Shown: positions 10,281-20,414, numbered from the stretch's first letter. The stretch: DNA of 64,000 nt from a bacterium (GCA_965216635.1 OZ244188.1:1024001-1088000); one strand, 5' to 3'. Notes: a model not told the origin generated them from the sequence alone. A program made the numbers and translations.

Positions 10281-10691
10281 TTAGAGTTCTTCTACCAATA
10301 GCCCTATATCTTGGAAACCTAAATTTCGGATTTGTGCCATTAACTTAACCACTGCACCATAACTTAGTCTGCGATCTGCTTGAATAAAAACCTGCTTGCC
10401 GCCCTTTTTTTGGTATTTTATCAGCTCAGCCTTGAGAAAAGTAAAATTTTTTCTTTGCTTGAGGTAATAAATTCTGTTCTGAGAATCTAAGCTCACAATA
10501 AATTCTCGTTTTGGAGTGGTAACCGTTTTTTGAAACTTTTCTTTGGGTAAAGAAATCTGTATATCCTTAGTGATTACTGGGGCTGTAATCATAAAAATAA
10601 TGAGTAAAATTAATAAAACATCTACAAAAGGAGTGACATTGATGTCACCTATATCTTTATCTATATCTATTTTTTGAGAAATAAATTTCAT
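10281..10691 (-). CDS. tolR: TolR/ExbD
   Basis: INVTPFVDVLLILLIIFMITAP; ADRRLSYG.VV. Confidence 0.92.
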   Translation of the reverse strand: MKFISQKIDIDKDIGDINVTPFVDVLLILLIIFMITAPVITKDIQISLPKEKFQKTVTTPKREFIVSLDSQNRIYYLKQRKNFTFLKAELIKYQKKGGKQVFIQADRRLSYGAVVKLMAQIRNLGFQDIGLLVEEL

Positions 10692-11353
10692 TTATTTGTT
10701 TTTAAAATATTTACTATCTCAAGGGTTATTATTTCTAAATCTTCTACTAAATTGCGCAATTTGCTATTGTAGTAATTATAAAAAATTAAGGCGGGAATAG
10801 CGACAAAAATACCCAAAGCAGTAGCGATTAGCGCTTCGGAGAGTCCTGGAGCGACTACGGCAAGACTGGTAGCTTTTTGAAGAGATATTTCTCTGAAAGT
10901 ATTGGTGACTCCTACCACAGTGCCTAGCAAACCTATAAAAGGAGCAGCAGAACTGCAAATTGCTAAAAAAGAAAGTCCTATTCTGTATTTTTTTTGAATC
11001 TGAACTAGCTGTATAGACGCAATTCTTTGAAAAATCCCCAATTCTTCCTCTCCTAAGCTTTGGAAAGTTCTTTGTTTGTGATTATCAAACTCCAACAGGC
11101 AACGACTAAGCAAGGGAAAATAAATTTTTTTTTCGCTTATTTCTAATATCTGGTGAAGTTGTGAAATATCTTTTTTTTTTTGTAGGAATTTCTTAAAAGA
11201 AGCTACTTGATAACCAACTCCAATGTATTGGAAAAATTTGAGCAGTATTACGCTCCAAGAAAAAACAGAAAGAAAAAAAAGGAGGATAAAAATAAATCGA
11301 GCAAAAATTCCCGCTTGTGCAAAGAGAGGTAAGAAAAAAAGTATATCGGACAT
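10688..11353 (-). CDS. tolQ: TolQ/ExbB
   Basis: APFIGLLGTV.G, LAVVAPGLSEAL.ATA.G.FVAIPA. Confidence 0.92.
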   Translation of the reverse strand: MSDILFFLPLFAQAGIFARFIFILLFFLSVFSWSVILLKFFQYIGVGYQVASFKKFLQKKKDISQLHQILEISEKKIYFPLLSRCLLEFDNHKQRTFQSLGEEELGIFQRIASIQLVQIQKKYRIGLSFLAICSSAAPFIGLLGTVVGVTNTFREISLQKATSLAVVAPGLSEALIATALGIFVAIPALIFYNYYNSKLRNLVEDLEIITLEIVNILKTNK

Positions 11354-11368
11354 AAAGTCAAAAGTCTC

Positions 11369-11509
11369 GAGATCTTTGCATTAATGCAATTTGGCAGCTA
11401 GGCAAGGCGCAAAAGTTTTTTATTTTGCTACGAATACTGAAGTATTTTGAGAAATAAAAAACTTGAATAACGACGCATAGGCTAAATAGAACACTAATGC
11501 AAAGGTTTC
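11369..11509. mobile_element. MITE copy
   Basis: GAGATCTTTGCATTA...TAATGCAAAGGTTTC; central GAATACTGAAGTATT shared with ~25170. Confidence 0.75.
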
Positions 11510-11551
11510 GTCTCGTTTTGCTAAAAATTTTTGGGTATAAAATACAGAAAA

Positions 11552-11587
11552 AGCACTAGCTTCTGTAGTCAAAACAGAAGCTAATGC
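11552..11587 (-). terminator. Probable rho-independent terminator downstream of pal
   Basis: Hairpin GCACTAGCTTCTGT..ACAGAAGCTAATGC with T-run on minus strand. Confidence 0.55.
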
Positions 11588-11719
11588 AATAAATCCCTGA
11601 TATTTTAAATCTGGTATTTTAAATCTGGTATTTTAAATCTGGTATTTTGAATTCTGATATTTTGAATCAGGCATTATATTTGTGTCTATACCTGATTCAA
11701 AAAATCTCTCTCCAAATTA

Positions 11720-12535
11720 CTACTGACCTGCTTGAGTCTCTGCTCTACGATTTTTACTCCAACAGGATTCTCTAGATTGATTACAAGCAGGTCTTTCTTC
11801 TCCATAAGAAAGAGTTCTTATATTTTGACTAGGAACGCCTTGCAGAATTAAATAATTCTTTACCACTAAGGCTCTTCTTTCTCCTAGTGCTAGGTTATAT
11901 TCATTAGAACCTCTCTCATCTGCATGTCCCGCTATAACAACTTTTATAGAAGATAGATCGTCAGTAGAATTAACAAAGTTATCTAAAACGGCTTTGTCTT
12001 CTTCTTTTAAAATTGCTTTATCATAATCAAAAAGCGCATTTTTAAGAGATATTGTTTCCGCTAATTCTTCTACTTCTTCTACTTCTTCTACTACTTCTTC
12101 TTCCTCTTCTTCTTCAATAGAATCTACAACAGATAAACTAACACCGCTATAAACTTCATTAGTTCCTTCTGTTACAGCTGAATTTCTAAGGAATAAAAAC
12201 AACCTTTCTTCTCCTGTGAATTCTGTCTCTTCTAAAGAGGCAATAGAACCCGATTCAAATCCTTCAGTAGAAGTAGAACCCACTGAATCTCTATCACTTT
12301 CAGCATCCTTTCCATAATAGACTACTAAATCTGTCACATTGCTAATAGAATCCTCAAGATTTAGATTTACTTCTCCTGCTACTTTTCCTTTATCAGGATC
12401 TTTATCAGAGAAGGTAAAACCATTTTGAACATCTTCTAGGATTTTACCTGTTAGAGGTGTAGGAATTTGAGCCCCACAACTCGCAAACAAAAGTAAAATC
12501 GCTACAAGAGTCAAAAGTACGATATTTTTTTGCAT
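11720..12535 (-). CDS. pal: Peptidoglycan-associated lipoprotein (OmpA C-terminal domain) with extra acidic N-domain
   Basis: Lipobox FASC; F.YDK, GHADERGSNEYNLALGERRA, SYGEERP, NRR. Confidence 0.85.
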   Translation of the reverse strand: MQKNIVLLTLVAILLLFASCGAQIPTPLTGKILEDVQNGFTFSDKDPDKGKVAGEVNLNLEDSISNVTDLVVYYGKDAESDRDSVGSTSTEGFESGSIASLEETEFTGEERLFLFLRNSAVTEGTNEVYSGVSLSVVDSIEEEEEEEVVEEVEEVEELAETISLKNALFDYDKAILKEEDKAVLDNFVNSTDDLSSIKVVIAGHADERGSNEYNLALGERRALVVKNYLILQGVPSQNIRTLSYGEERPACNQSRESCWSKNRRAETQAGQ

Positions 12536-12604
12536 ATAGTTTTTAGAAACCACCGTATTGGCTAATCATTTCAATGAAACTGTTTCTCCTTCCAAAGTGT
12601 CATA

Positions 12605-12827
12605 TAGAACTTTGAATTTGCCAAATAGGACAAAACTAGCTGTTTAGCCAAACCAAGCTTATTACTTAACGTTTTTTATAGGCTATTTGTAAAAGAGCCA
12701 GTGGCTCAATAACTATAACCCTTATTTTGTGTTAAGCAGTAAGGGAGTATTCCAGCGAGCTAAAAAATTTTTAGCACCTGTTCTAACCATTTGGCTAGCC
12801 GTCACATAATACAAATTCAAAGTTCTA
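12605..12827. mobile_element. MITE copy
   Basis: TAGAACTTTGAATTTG...CAAATTCAAAGTTCTA. Confidence 0.85.
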
Positions 12828-12984
12828 TCAGTAAATAACACTACAAAACTTTTTCCAATTGCCATGCAAAGCCAATACAGTGATTTTCTAATTGGTTAAA
12901 AAAAACAAAAACTTATTTAAGTCTAAACAAAAAATATTAAAAAAACAATAAAATATTATTTTTTTTTTTTGCAATAAAAAATTC

Positions 12985-13013
12985 TTGACAAATAATTAGA
13001 TAAAATTTATAAT
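12985..13013 (+). promoter_or_regulatory. Consensus sigma70 promoter
   Basis: TTGACA-17 nt-TATAAT with A/T-rich upstream region. Confidence 0.75.
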
Positions 13014-13041
13014 AAATTCAAAATCTTAATTACATAATACC

Positions 13042-13206
13042 ATGTTATCCTTTTTTTTCAGACTCATTACCAAGATGATTTTTTATAGTTTTATGACTAT
13101 CTGCTCTATTTTTTTACCTCTTTATTACTTAGAGAAAAAAAACGAGCAAAAAACCCTAAAAAACTTGAAAAAAGTAGGAAAGAAAGAAGAGAAAGAAATA
13201 TCCTAG
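13042..13206 (+). CDS. Small 54-aa putative membrane protein (below ORF-track cutoff)
   Basis: MLSFFFRLITKMIFYSFMTICSIFLPLYYLEKKNEQKTLKNLKKVGKKEEKEIS; directly downstream of consensus promoter. Confidence 0.5.
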   Translation: MLSFFFRLITKMIFYSFMTICSIFLPLYYLEKKNEQKTLKNLKKVGKKEEKEIS

Positions 13207-13248
13207 GTTACAATCTCTCTATTATTGTATGATTTCGAGATATTTGAA

Positions 13249-14370
13249 TCACAAAATAGGATAATATTTTCCTCCCGCTTCTTCACGCAACGCTCCTTTC
13301 AATTCTAAAGATGTAATATGCTGCATTGTTTCTTGTAGTGAAATTTTCAAAAAAGTATTGATTTCTTCTGTAGAGGCTGGTTGTTTGTTGAGAAATTCCA
13401 ATATTTCCAGTTCCTTTCCTTCAAAAATTTCTTTTTTCTTATAAATTTTAGAAGTTGTAGATGTTAAAATATCAGGCAGAAATTTTTGCAGGGCAAAGTT
13501 TTCTAAAATATCCTCTGCAGAGCTAAGCAATCTAGCTCCTTGCTTGATTAAGCTATTACAGCCTTGATAAGAAACTGAATCTACAGTGCCTGGTAGAGCA
13601 AAAACTTCTCTGTTTTCCTTTATTGCAGAATGGGCTGTGATTAAAGCTCCACTCTTTAAAGCGGCTTCCATCACCACAACGGCAGAAGATAAACCACTAA
13701 TAATTCTATTTCTTTGGGGAAAATGATACGGTTTTGGCTCTGCTAAACTCGTGAATTCAGAAATTATAGCTCCTCCTTGAGCAATAATTTTTTGCGCTAA
13801 ATCAGTATGAGCTTTAGGATAAATATTCCCCAAACCAGAACCTAAAACAGCTATGGTCTTTAAACCAAAATCTAAAGCAGATTGATGAGCAATAGCATCT
13901 ATTCCATAAGCTAGACCACTAACAATAACTATTTTATTATATCTTTCGCTTAAAGCCCGAATAATTTTTCTTGTTTGATTTTTCCCGTAATTAGAAAATT
14001 TACGAGAACCTACAAAAGCCACAAAAAAACACTCATCATCTGGAATTTCTCCGTGATAAAAAAGCAGCGATGGCGGACTATAGATTTCTTTGAGAAGTAA
14101 TGGATAATGACTCTGGAATACGGAAATAAGCTGAATATTGCGCTTTTCTATCTGTTGAATTTCTTTTTCTAAGAGATCTTGAATGGCTTTATCTTTTAAA
14201 TTGCTAATGCTCTCTTTATTCAATCCTAAATCGTAAAATATTTCATCTTTGTAAGATTCAATTTTTTCTAAATTTAAGCCTCTTTTTAAGATAGCAGCTA
14301 TTTTTTTCTCGCCTAAACCTGATACTAGACAAAGTTTCAGTAGATTGTAGTTTTGATTTTTTTCTACCAC
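13249..14370 (-). CDS. dprA: DNA-processing protein DprA
   Basis: VGSR..S.YG, VSGLAYGID..AH, FPQRNRIISGLS, SGALITA. Confidence 0.95.
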   Translation of the reverse strand: MVEKNQNYNLLKLCLVSGLGEKKIAAILKRGLNLEKIESYKDEIFYDLGLNKESISNLKDKAIQDLLEKEIQQIEKRNIQLISVFQSHYPLLLKEIYSPPSLLFYHGEIPDDECFFVAFVGSRKFSNYGKNQTRKIIRALSERYNKIVIVSGLAYGIDAIAHQSALDFGLKTIAVLGSGLGNIYPKAHTDLAQKIIAQGGAIISEFTSLAEPKPYHFPQRNRIISGLSSAVVVMEAALKSGALITAHSAIKENREVFALPGTVDSVSYQGCNSLIKQGARLLSSAEDILENFALQKFLPDILTSTTSKIYKKKEIFEGKELEILEFLNKQPASTEEINTFLKISLQETMQHITSLELKGALREEAGGKYYPIL

Positions 14371-14391
14371 TAGATTCAGAGAGACTATAGA

Positions 14392-15264
14392 TTAAAGACG
14401 ACGAAGTAAATTTTGCGCTTGTTTGGCAGCTTGAGAATCTGGATAGTATCTAATAACCAACTGATAATAACCTTTACTATAGCTAGGATTTTTTTTCTCT
14501 TGAATTTTCCCTAATCTCAATAGAGCATCAGCAGTTTTTCCTCCTTTTTCAGTGCTTAAAAAACTATAATTTTGAAGTAAATAGGCTAAATACTGTTGTG
14601 CTTTATCTTCTTTTTTTGTTCTCAAATAAGACATAGCAATCCAAAAAACAGCATTATCTGCCTCGTTGGCATTGGGGTAAAATGCTATAAATTTACTAAA
14701 TTCTCTAATGGCTTGGTCGTATTTTCCTTGTGAATATAAAAGATAAGTAGTTTTGTATTTTTTCTTTGCTACAGAGATCTGTTTGGAGCGGATAGGGTCT
14801 ACAGGTGAGCTATAAAACAAGCTAGGTTTTATTTTTTGAACGTCAAGCAGTTTTATATTGTTTTCTAAAAAATCACTCTTTGCATTATTATTAGAAGAAC
14901 GGAGTTTTAAATCTTCGTCTTTTTTATTTTTGCCTATCTGAAAAGGAAGGTCTTGATTTTTCAAACGGAATTCTTTTTCTAGCTCTCTATTGAGAGATTG
15001 AATAATAATTTTTTCTTCTCTCTGTGTTTGTTTTGTTTTTTGATTAGATTGATAGATTTGTTGTAAAGCAATAATTTTTTCTTCTTTTGCTTCCAATGAT
15101 TTTTCCAGTTCTTTTATTCTTTGCTCTAAAAAGCGAATATGCTCATTCGCTACTACTTGCTCAAATGCAGGATCTACGGGGACACTTGGGACAGAATTAT
15201 TTCCTGAAGTAGCTATAGAACAGCTCCCAATAGTAATAACAAATATAAAAAAAAAATATTTCAT
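14392..15264 (-). CDS. CpoB/YbgF-like coiled-coil + TPR protein
   Basis: Signal/lipobox, coiled coil, TPR (F...YP....ADNA.FW; YPDS.AA). Confidence 0.75.
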   Translation of the reverse strand: MKYFFFIFVITIGSCSIATSGNNSVPSVPVDPAFEQVVANEHIRFLEQRIKELEKSLEAKEEKIIALQQIYQSNQKTKQTQREEKIIIQSLNRELEKEFRLKNQDLPFQIGKNKKDEDLKLRSSNNNAKSDFLENNIKLLDVQKIKPSLFYSSPVDPIRSKQISVAKKKYKTTYLLYSQGKYDQAIREFSKFIAFYPNANEADNAVFWIAMSYLRTKKEDKAQQYLAYLLQNYSFLSTEKGGKTADALLRLGKIQEKKNPSYSKGYYQLVIRYYPDSQAAKQAQNLLRRL

Positions 15265-15268
15265 TATT

Positions 15269-15976
15269 TTAAATATTTTCTAGTTCTTCTACTTTAGCAG
15301 TTAAGTTGAATATTTTATAGATAAGAATCAGTTTTTCTATAGCTTTTTCTTTTTCAGAAAAATCAGTAAAATTTTTTAGTAAATACTCATACCTTAAAAT
15401 AGCAGAGAAATAAAGTTTCCTATCATAATACCACTCCGCTACTTGATATTCGTGTTCTGCAAGTAAATTATGTGCTATTTTATAAAATTCTGTAGCATCT
15501 TTTAGATAGACACTATTATTGTGAAGTAATAACAAACGATAGTAATCGTCTACAATATCATTCAAAAAAGAATGGGCTTTGTCTGATTGAGCTTTATCTT
15601 TAAAAAAATTTTTCTCATTTTTTCTTAAAGCAACAATCATCAAACGAATCAAAGCATAAGGAACATAGTATCCTCCTTCTTGCTGAATATAATAATCGTA
15701 ATAGATAGAACTTTGGTTTAAACCACTAGTAGATCCTATATCTAAGTGAGAATCTGCTAAAGCAAGATTGCTCAAAGGAACATATTTTGAGTTAGAAAAA
15801 TCTTTATTGATTCTTTGAAAATTCAAGATGGCTTTTTGTTTTTTTTCATCGTAATAAGCAACCATTCCTTCTTGATAAACACCTACATGACTGGTATAAA
15901 CTACCGTTTGGGTGCAACCAAAAAAGGAAAAAAAAAGTAGCGTAAAAACAAGGGTATAAATTATTATCCGAAACAT
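15269..15976 (-). CDS. bamD: Outer membrane assembly lipoprotein BamD-like
   Basis: Lipobox FGC; LAEHE..VA.WY......SA..RY..LL. Confidence 0.65.
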   Translation of the reverse strand: MFRIIIYTLVFTLLFFSFFGCTQTVVYTSHVGVYQEGMVAYYDEKKQKAILNFQRINKDFSNSKYVPLSNLALADSHLDIGSTSGLNQSSIYYDYYIQQEGGYYVPYALIRLMIVALRKNEKNFFKDKAQSDKAHSFLNDIVDDYYRLLLLHNNSVYLKDATEFYKIAHNLLAEHEYQVAEWYYDRKLYFSAILRYEYLLKNFTDFSEKEKAIEKLILIYKIFNLTAKVEELENI

Positions 15977-16032
15977 TGTAATTAAAGTGTTTAAATATCT
16001 TTGATTTCAGGCATTCTAGCCCAGTAGTAATA

Positions 16033-16266
16033 TAGACTTTTTAATTTGCATTCTGTTTAGCCCATGCAGCGTTGAAAAAAAAATTTTTAGCTCGCAGGAA
16101 TATCAATGAAAAACACTGTAAAGCCCAAGTAAATTTGTAAGTAAATTTGTAAGACTAAACAGTGTCACCATAATAAAACATATTTCCAGAAATCTCAACC
16201 AACGAGGAATAAAAAAAATTTAACGATTGCTTTGGCTAAACTTTGGTAAGCAAATTCAAAGGTCTC
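16033..16266. mobile_element. MITE copy
   Basis: TAGACTTTTTAATTTGC...GCAAATTCAAAGGTCTC. Confidence 0.8.
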
Positions 16267-16329
16267 ATATTATTGAAGTAGCCCTTACCAATTCAACGGT
16301 CTCATATTATTGAAGTAGTCCTTACCAAT

Positions 16330-17514
16330 TCAACGGGGTGGATTTTCAAACTTTCTCAAAAGTAGTAAAAAAAACATCCCGTAGGCAAGCAAAAAAAAAT
16401 AAACAAAAAAAATATTATAATTTAGCAAAAAGCCACTGCCAAGAGCCCCTACAAAATGTCCAAAAAATTGGAATGTTTGAAAAAAACCACTAGCCGTTCC
16501 CTTATTTTCTTTACTACTTAAACGGGTAACTAAAGAAGGAAAAATAGGTTCAAAGATACTAAACCCAATAAAAAAAAGCACTAGCCCTGCTACAATAAAC
16601 CAAAAATTAAGCTGGTAAATGCCAAAAATTGCCAAAATAAAAGAAGACATCAAAAAACCCACCCCTAATAAAATACCTCTATCAAATTTATTTTTACTCT
16701 CTACATAAAAAGTAACAGGAAACATAAATAAAAAACTCATTGCCAACATCAAAAGATAAATTTTCCATAATTCTTCTTTAGGAAAACCTAGATAGTTAAA
16801 TAAAAAAATTTGACTAATAAACAGAACACTAGAAAGCCCCATTCCACTAAAAAAAGAGCCGAAGTAGATAATTCTTAATTGCCTGTTTTTTAAACAACTT
16901 TGTAAAGAAGTCTTAAAAGCTATATTTTTTTTAGGACGAGTATTTGTATCTTGGATAAACAAAATCACTACTCCTAAAGAAATAAAACTTAAAACAGCAA
17001 TTAGCTGAAAAAAATGATGAATATTCCACCAAATAGAAAGAATCGGAGCTAAAACAAAAGCTAAACAAAAAGCAATACCAATACTCATCCCTAAGAAAGC
17101 ACTAGCTCTAGCCCTCACAGAATCTCTTGTTTTATCCGCAAGCAGCGCAAAAATGACTGATGCCATTGCACCCATTCCTTGAATAAAACGCGCAAGAATA
17201 ATCCAATAAATGTTATTCGCATAGCTGGCAAGCAGACTACCTAAAAAAAATAAAATTAATGCCCCAACAAGAACTTTTTTTCTGCCCCAAACATCCGAAA
17301 AATAGCCTGCTGGAAGCTGACATAATCCTTGCGTTAGACCATAAATTCCAAAAGCTAAGGCTACTAAAAAAAAATTCGCATAATCTACCTCCTGCGCCAA
17401 TATATTAAAGACTGGAAGGATAAAAAAAATAGAAAACATCCTGAAAAACAAAACCAGACCCAGCAAACAAACTGCGATTATTTCAGTTTTTTGTAAAGCA
17501 ATAAACTTTTTCAT
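16330..17514 (-). CDS. MFS transporter (YajR-like)
   Basis: GIYGLTQ...Q.P.G..SD..GRK, R..QG.GA; 12 TM-like segments. Confidence 0.88.
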   Translation of the reverse strand: MKKFIALQKTEIIAVCLLGLVLFFRMFSIFFILPVFNILAQEVDYANFFLVALAFGIYGLTQGLCQLPAGYFSDVWGRKKVLVGALILFFLGSLLASYANNIYWIILARFIQGMGAMASVIFALLADKTRDSVRARASAFLGMSIGIAFCLAFVLAPILSIWWNIHHFFQLIAVLSFISLGVVILFIQDTNTRPKKNIAFKTSLQSCLKNRQLRIIYFGSFFSGMGLSSVLFISQIFLFNYLGFPKEELWKIYLLMLAMSFLFMFPVTFYVESKNKFDRGILLGVGFLMSSFILAIFGIYQLNFWFIVAGLVLFFIGFSIFEPIFPSLVTRLSSKENKGTASGFFQTFQFFGHFVGALGSGFLLNYNIFFVYFFLLAYGMFFLLLLRKFENPPR

Positions 17515-17536
17515 AAAAAAATTTTAAAACCTCAAG

Positions 17537-17917
17537 TTATTTTCTAGTAATCCAGTGTGAAAAAACGCTAATAAGAATAAAAAAGCTGGTGTAAAAATGG
17601 ATAGGATTCCAAATATCTACATAATCGGCGTCGTAAAAAAAAAGTACTGCTCCACTGATTAAAACAACCCCTATTAAGAATAAATGAATCAAACCACTGT
17701 AGGCTGTTTTTTTTTGATTTTTTTTAGCAAAACTCTCTTTATGAATTTTGAGATGCTCTATACTATACAAAATAAAAAATACAGCAGCAAAAAAACCTAA
17801 TACAGTATGAAAAATTTTTACAAAATAGCCCCATTCTAAAAAATAGCTTCCCCAAAAATACAGTGCACTCCCGCTCACAAGCAGAAGTAAGAAAATAGCT
17901 TGCAATAAAAAATACAT
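17537..17917 (-). CDS. Small 4-TM membrane protein with TM histidines (cytochrome b-like?)
   Basis: Two repeats of hydrophobic helix followed by H-x13/14-H. Confidence 0.5.
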   Translation of the reverse strand: MYFLLQAIFLLLLVSGSALYFWGSYFLEWGYFVKIFHTVLGFFAAVFFILYSIEHLKIHKESFAKKNQKKTAYSGLIHLFLIGVVLISGAVLFFYDADYVDIWNPIHFYTSFFILISVFSHWITRK

Positions 17918-18038
17918 GAGACTTTTGAATTTGCATTCTGTTTAGCCAAAACAAACGTTGAAAATGCAGCGTTGAAAAAAATTTTAACGGTTGCTTTGGC
18001 TGAACAGAACGCTAAATTTCACTACTAGCAAAGGTCTC
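17918..18038. mobile_element. MITE copy
   Basis: GAGACTTTTGAATTTGC...GCAAAGGTCTC; abuts the ATG at 17917. Confidence 0.75.
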
Positions 18039-18040
18039 TT

Positions 18041-19210
18041 TTAATCTAACAGAGATAAAGAGTGAATTTTTACTCCCCAACAGGCAAGTCTATCTAGCCA
18101 TTGTACTGCTTTTTGGGGGTTGCTTGTAGCTAGTTGAACTCCAGCGGCGGTTTCATTTTTAAGAATACTACAAACAGAACAAGCCACAGTTCCCGATACT
18201 GTTTTTGCCATAGCGCTCTCTTTGTTATCACCTAATAAATCTAAAAGGTATGCCTTATGCCAAACTTTCTGTTCCTTTTCAAAGGCAGCCAAAGAGACAT
18301 AAAGCAATACCCTGTCGTAGTCTTTTTCTTGGTCGCCAGTTTGGTAGGAATATTGAGTAGCCAATTTATTCGCCAATTTTTCTAAATTTTCTTCAGAGCC
18401 TTTTTCTAATGTTTGAAATACTTCTCGCCAAGCGGTTTTCCAACCTTTTAGACGCAAAGTTCCACGTACGAATTTTTCTATCTGCCAGTGTTTTGGAAAT
18501 TGATAAATATCTACATAAGGTAGACTATCTCTATTCGGGTAGCATTCTAGCTCTTCCTCTTTGATCTTATAATTTTTTACTGCCAACCAAGGGGCTGGAG
18601 TTTTTACAATTTTGCTGTCCTCTATATGCTGAGCTGGAGACTTTAAAGCTCGCAAAACCCCTGCAGGTGCCCAGCTAAATTTATAACAAAAATCATTCGG
18701 CACTGCTGGAAAGCCCCCGCAAAAAGATTCAAATTTTACAGATATATTTGCTGCTTCCGTTTCTCGCAAACAATTTTTTACTAAAATATGTGAAAAAAGA
18801 TGGTCTATACCAGGGTCTAACCCTGTTTCTAGTTGCACCACTAAACCTTTTTTTGCAGCAGAGTAAGCCGCTTGGCTCGTTTCAGGGTTTAAATAACTAC
18901 TGCTTACAAAATGGGCTTCTTTTAAATTACAAATTTCCGCTCCTTCTGCTTGGTAATGGCTAGGTATCATAGACACCAGAATATCTCCTCGCTTCAGAGA
19001 TTGTTTTAAATTTTCAGAAGTATATTGACGAATCTCTACTCTATTTTGTAATCCTAATTTTACAAGCAATTTTTCTGCACTTTCTAGATTTCTATTCCAA
19101 AAAATACATTCCTTGCTTCTTTTGACTATATCGTTCAAACCACTTCCAGTAGATAAACCAGCCCCAATCCAATGGACTGTGCCGTTTGCGGGGATAAGAT
19201 TTTGTTTCAT
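18041..19210 (-). CDS. Saccharopine dehydrogenase (glutamate-forming, LYS9/SDH-like)
   Basis: GLDPGIDH, SFCGG.P, YKFSWAP.G, YPNRDS, RGTLR. Confidence 0.88.
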   Translation of the reverse strand: MKQNLIPANGTVHWIGAGLSTGSGLNDIVKRSKECIFWNRNLESAEKLLVKLGLQNRVEIRQYTSENLKQSLKRGDILVSMIPSHYQAEGAEICNLKEAHFVSSSYLNPETSQAAYSAAKKGLVVQLETGLDPGIDHLFSHILVKNCLRETEAANISVKFESFCGGFPAVPNDFCYKFSWAPAGVLRALKSPAQHIEDSKIVKTPAPWLAVKNYKIKEEELECYPNRDSLPYVDIYQFPKHWQIEKFVRGTLRLKGWKTAWREVFQTLEKGSEENLEKLANKLATQYSYQTGDQEKDYDRVLLYVSLAAFEKEQKVWHKAYLLDLLGDNKESAMAKTVSGTVACSVCSILKNETAAGVQLATSNPQKAVQWLDRLACWGVKIHSLSLLD

Positions 19211-20334
19211 AGATTATTTAAAAAATGGGATTTACATCTCTGCCAAATTTTACCTTCTAATTTTAAAATCAAAGGAGTCAAGTTTTGAGAAAAATCTAAA
19301 CTGGATTCCTTAGGTAGTAATGAAGGCAAATTATCTAATGCAATGAGTTCTAATTTATCTTTAACAGAAAAAAGAGGTTTTTGCCAAGTCGTCAATGTTT
19401 TATAAATTGGTAGTAAATTATTAGTAGAGCCCACATCACAGGTAACATCACAAATAAGATTTAAGTTTTTAGGTGTTTCCAAATCTGCCAGAGTTAAAAA
19501 AGGCTCGCTGCTCTGTTCGTGGGGATGCCCTACACAAACACAATGAATAAGTATATCTTGTTCTAAAATTTTCTTTTTGTGCAAAACTTGGGTTTCTTCT
19601 TTATCCCATAAAAGCAGTTCTGAAGAAATATTTTTAAGAGCATCCTTTGCTCCCCTACCAGACCTACCTTTAGCGCCTGTAATCAAAATTCTAGGTTTTA
19701 CTGTGGGCTCTAATACCAGTGATGCTAATTCTTGAATTTGTTTTTGAATAGTCTCTTTGTTGGTAGGATGAAGATTTCTTGTTTCAAGTTTGCTTGTTTC
19801 AAGTTTGCTGTGGCTAGGTATCTTTGCTTGGAGACGCAACCAATGTATCAAAGCAAGAGTAGCTCCTGCATAACCAGCCCAGTAACCAAAAGCAACCAAA
19901 CGAATCCCGTTTTCAGAGGTTAAATATTCCAAATCAAAAAGACTGCCCTTACCTCTTTTAAACCGTGAGAGTAAATTTTGTGAACCTTTTTGTCCTTTGA
20001 AACAATGAGCGAAAAATATATGCTGTCCTGTAAGCTCAGTAGGCTCTGTTGGTAATTCTTTTAATCCTAAAATCCAAGTATTTTTAGAGGGAGACAAATG
20101 AATCCATTCGGCTGCTTTTGTCAATTCGCAACCTACAACTTTGTAAGCTTCGTCTTTAAAACAACGGTTAGAAGAACTCTCTACCAAAACCTGATAACCA
20201 GCCTCTAATAATTTTTTTGCATCTTCTGGAACAAGCGGAGTGCGGTATTCATCTGCTTTTGTCTCTGCTCGTAAATAAATTGTCTTCTGGTAAATTGTTT
20301 TTGGGGGCAAGTGGTTGTTTTTGGTATCTCCCAT
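19207..20334 (-). CDS. Saccharopine dehydrogenase (lysine-forming, LYS1/LKR-like)
   Basis: LRAE.K..E.R..L.P, LGLKEL, H.FFAHC.KGQ, DLE.L, AFGYWAG, DV.CD, DNLPSLLP.ESS. Confidence 0.88.
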   Translation of the reverse strand: MGDTKNNHLPPKTIYQKTIYLRAETKADEYRTPLVPEDAKKLLEAGYQVLVESSSNRCFKDEAYKVVGCELTKAAEWIHLSPSKNTWILGLKELPTEPTELTGQHIFFAHCFKGQKGSQNLLSRFKRGKGSLFDLEYLTSENGIRLVAFGYWAGYAGATLALIHWLRLQAKIPSHSKLETSKLETRNLHPTNKETIQKQIQELASLVLEPTVKPRILITGAKGRSGRGAKDALKNISSELLLWDKEETQVLHKKKILEQDILIHCVCVGHPHEQSSEPFLTLADLETPKNLNLICDVTCDVGSTNNLLPIYKTLTTWQKPLFSVKDKLELIALDNLPSLLPKESSLDFSQNLTPLILKLEGKIWQRCKSHFLNNL

Positions 20335-20377
20335 TAGTTTTAGCGCTCAAGAATAGGCTGAAATTTAGCAGAAAAAA

Positions 20378-20414
20378 AAGCTATCGTTTCTAGTAAAACT
20401 AAAAACAATAGCTT
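20378..20414 (-). terminator. Probable rho-independent terminator
   Basis: Hairpin AAGCTATCGTTT..AAACAATAGCTT with T-run on minus strand. Confidence 0.5.
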
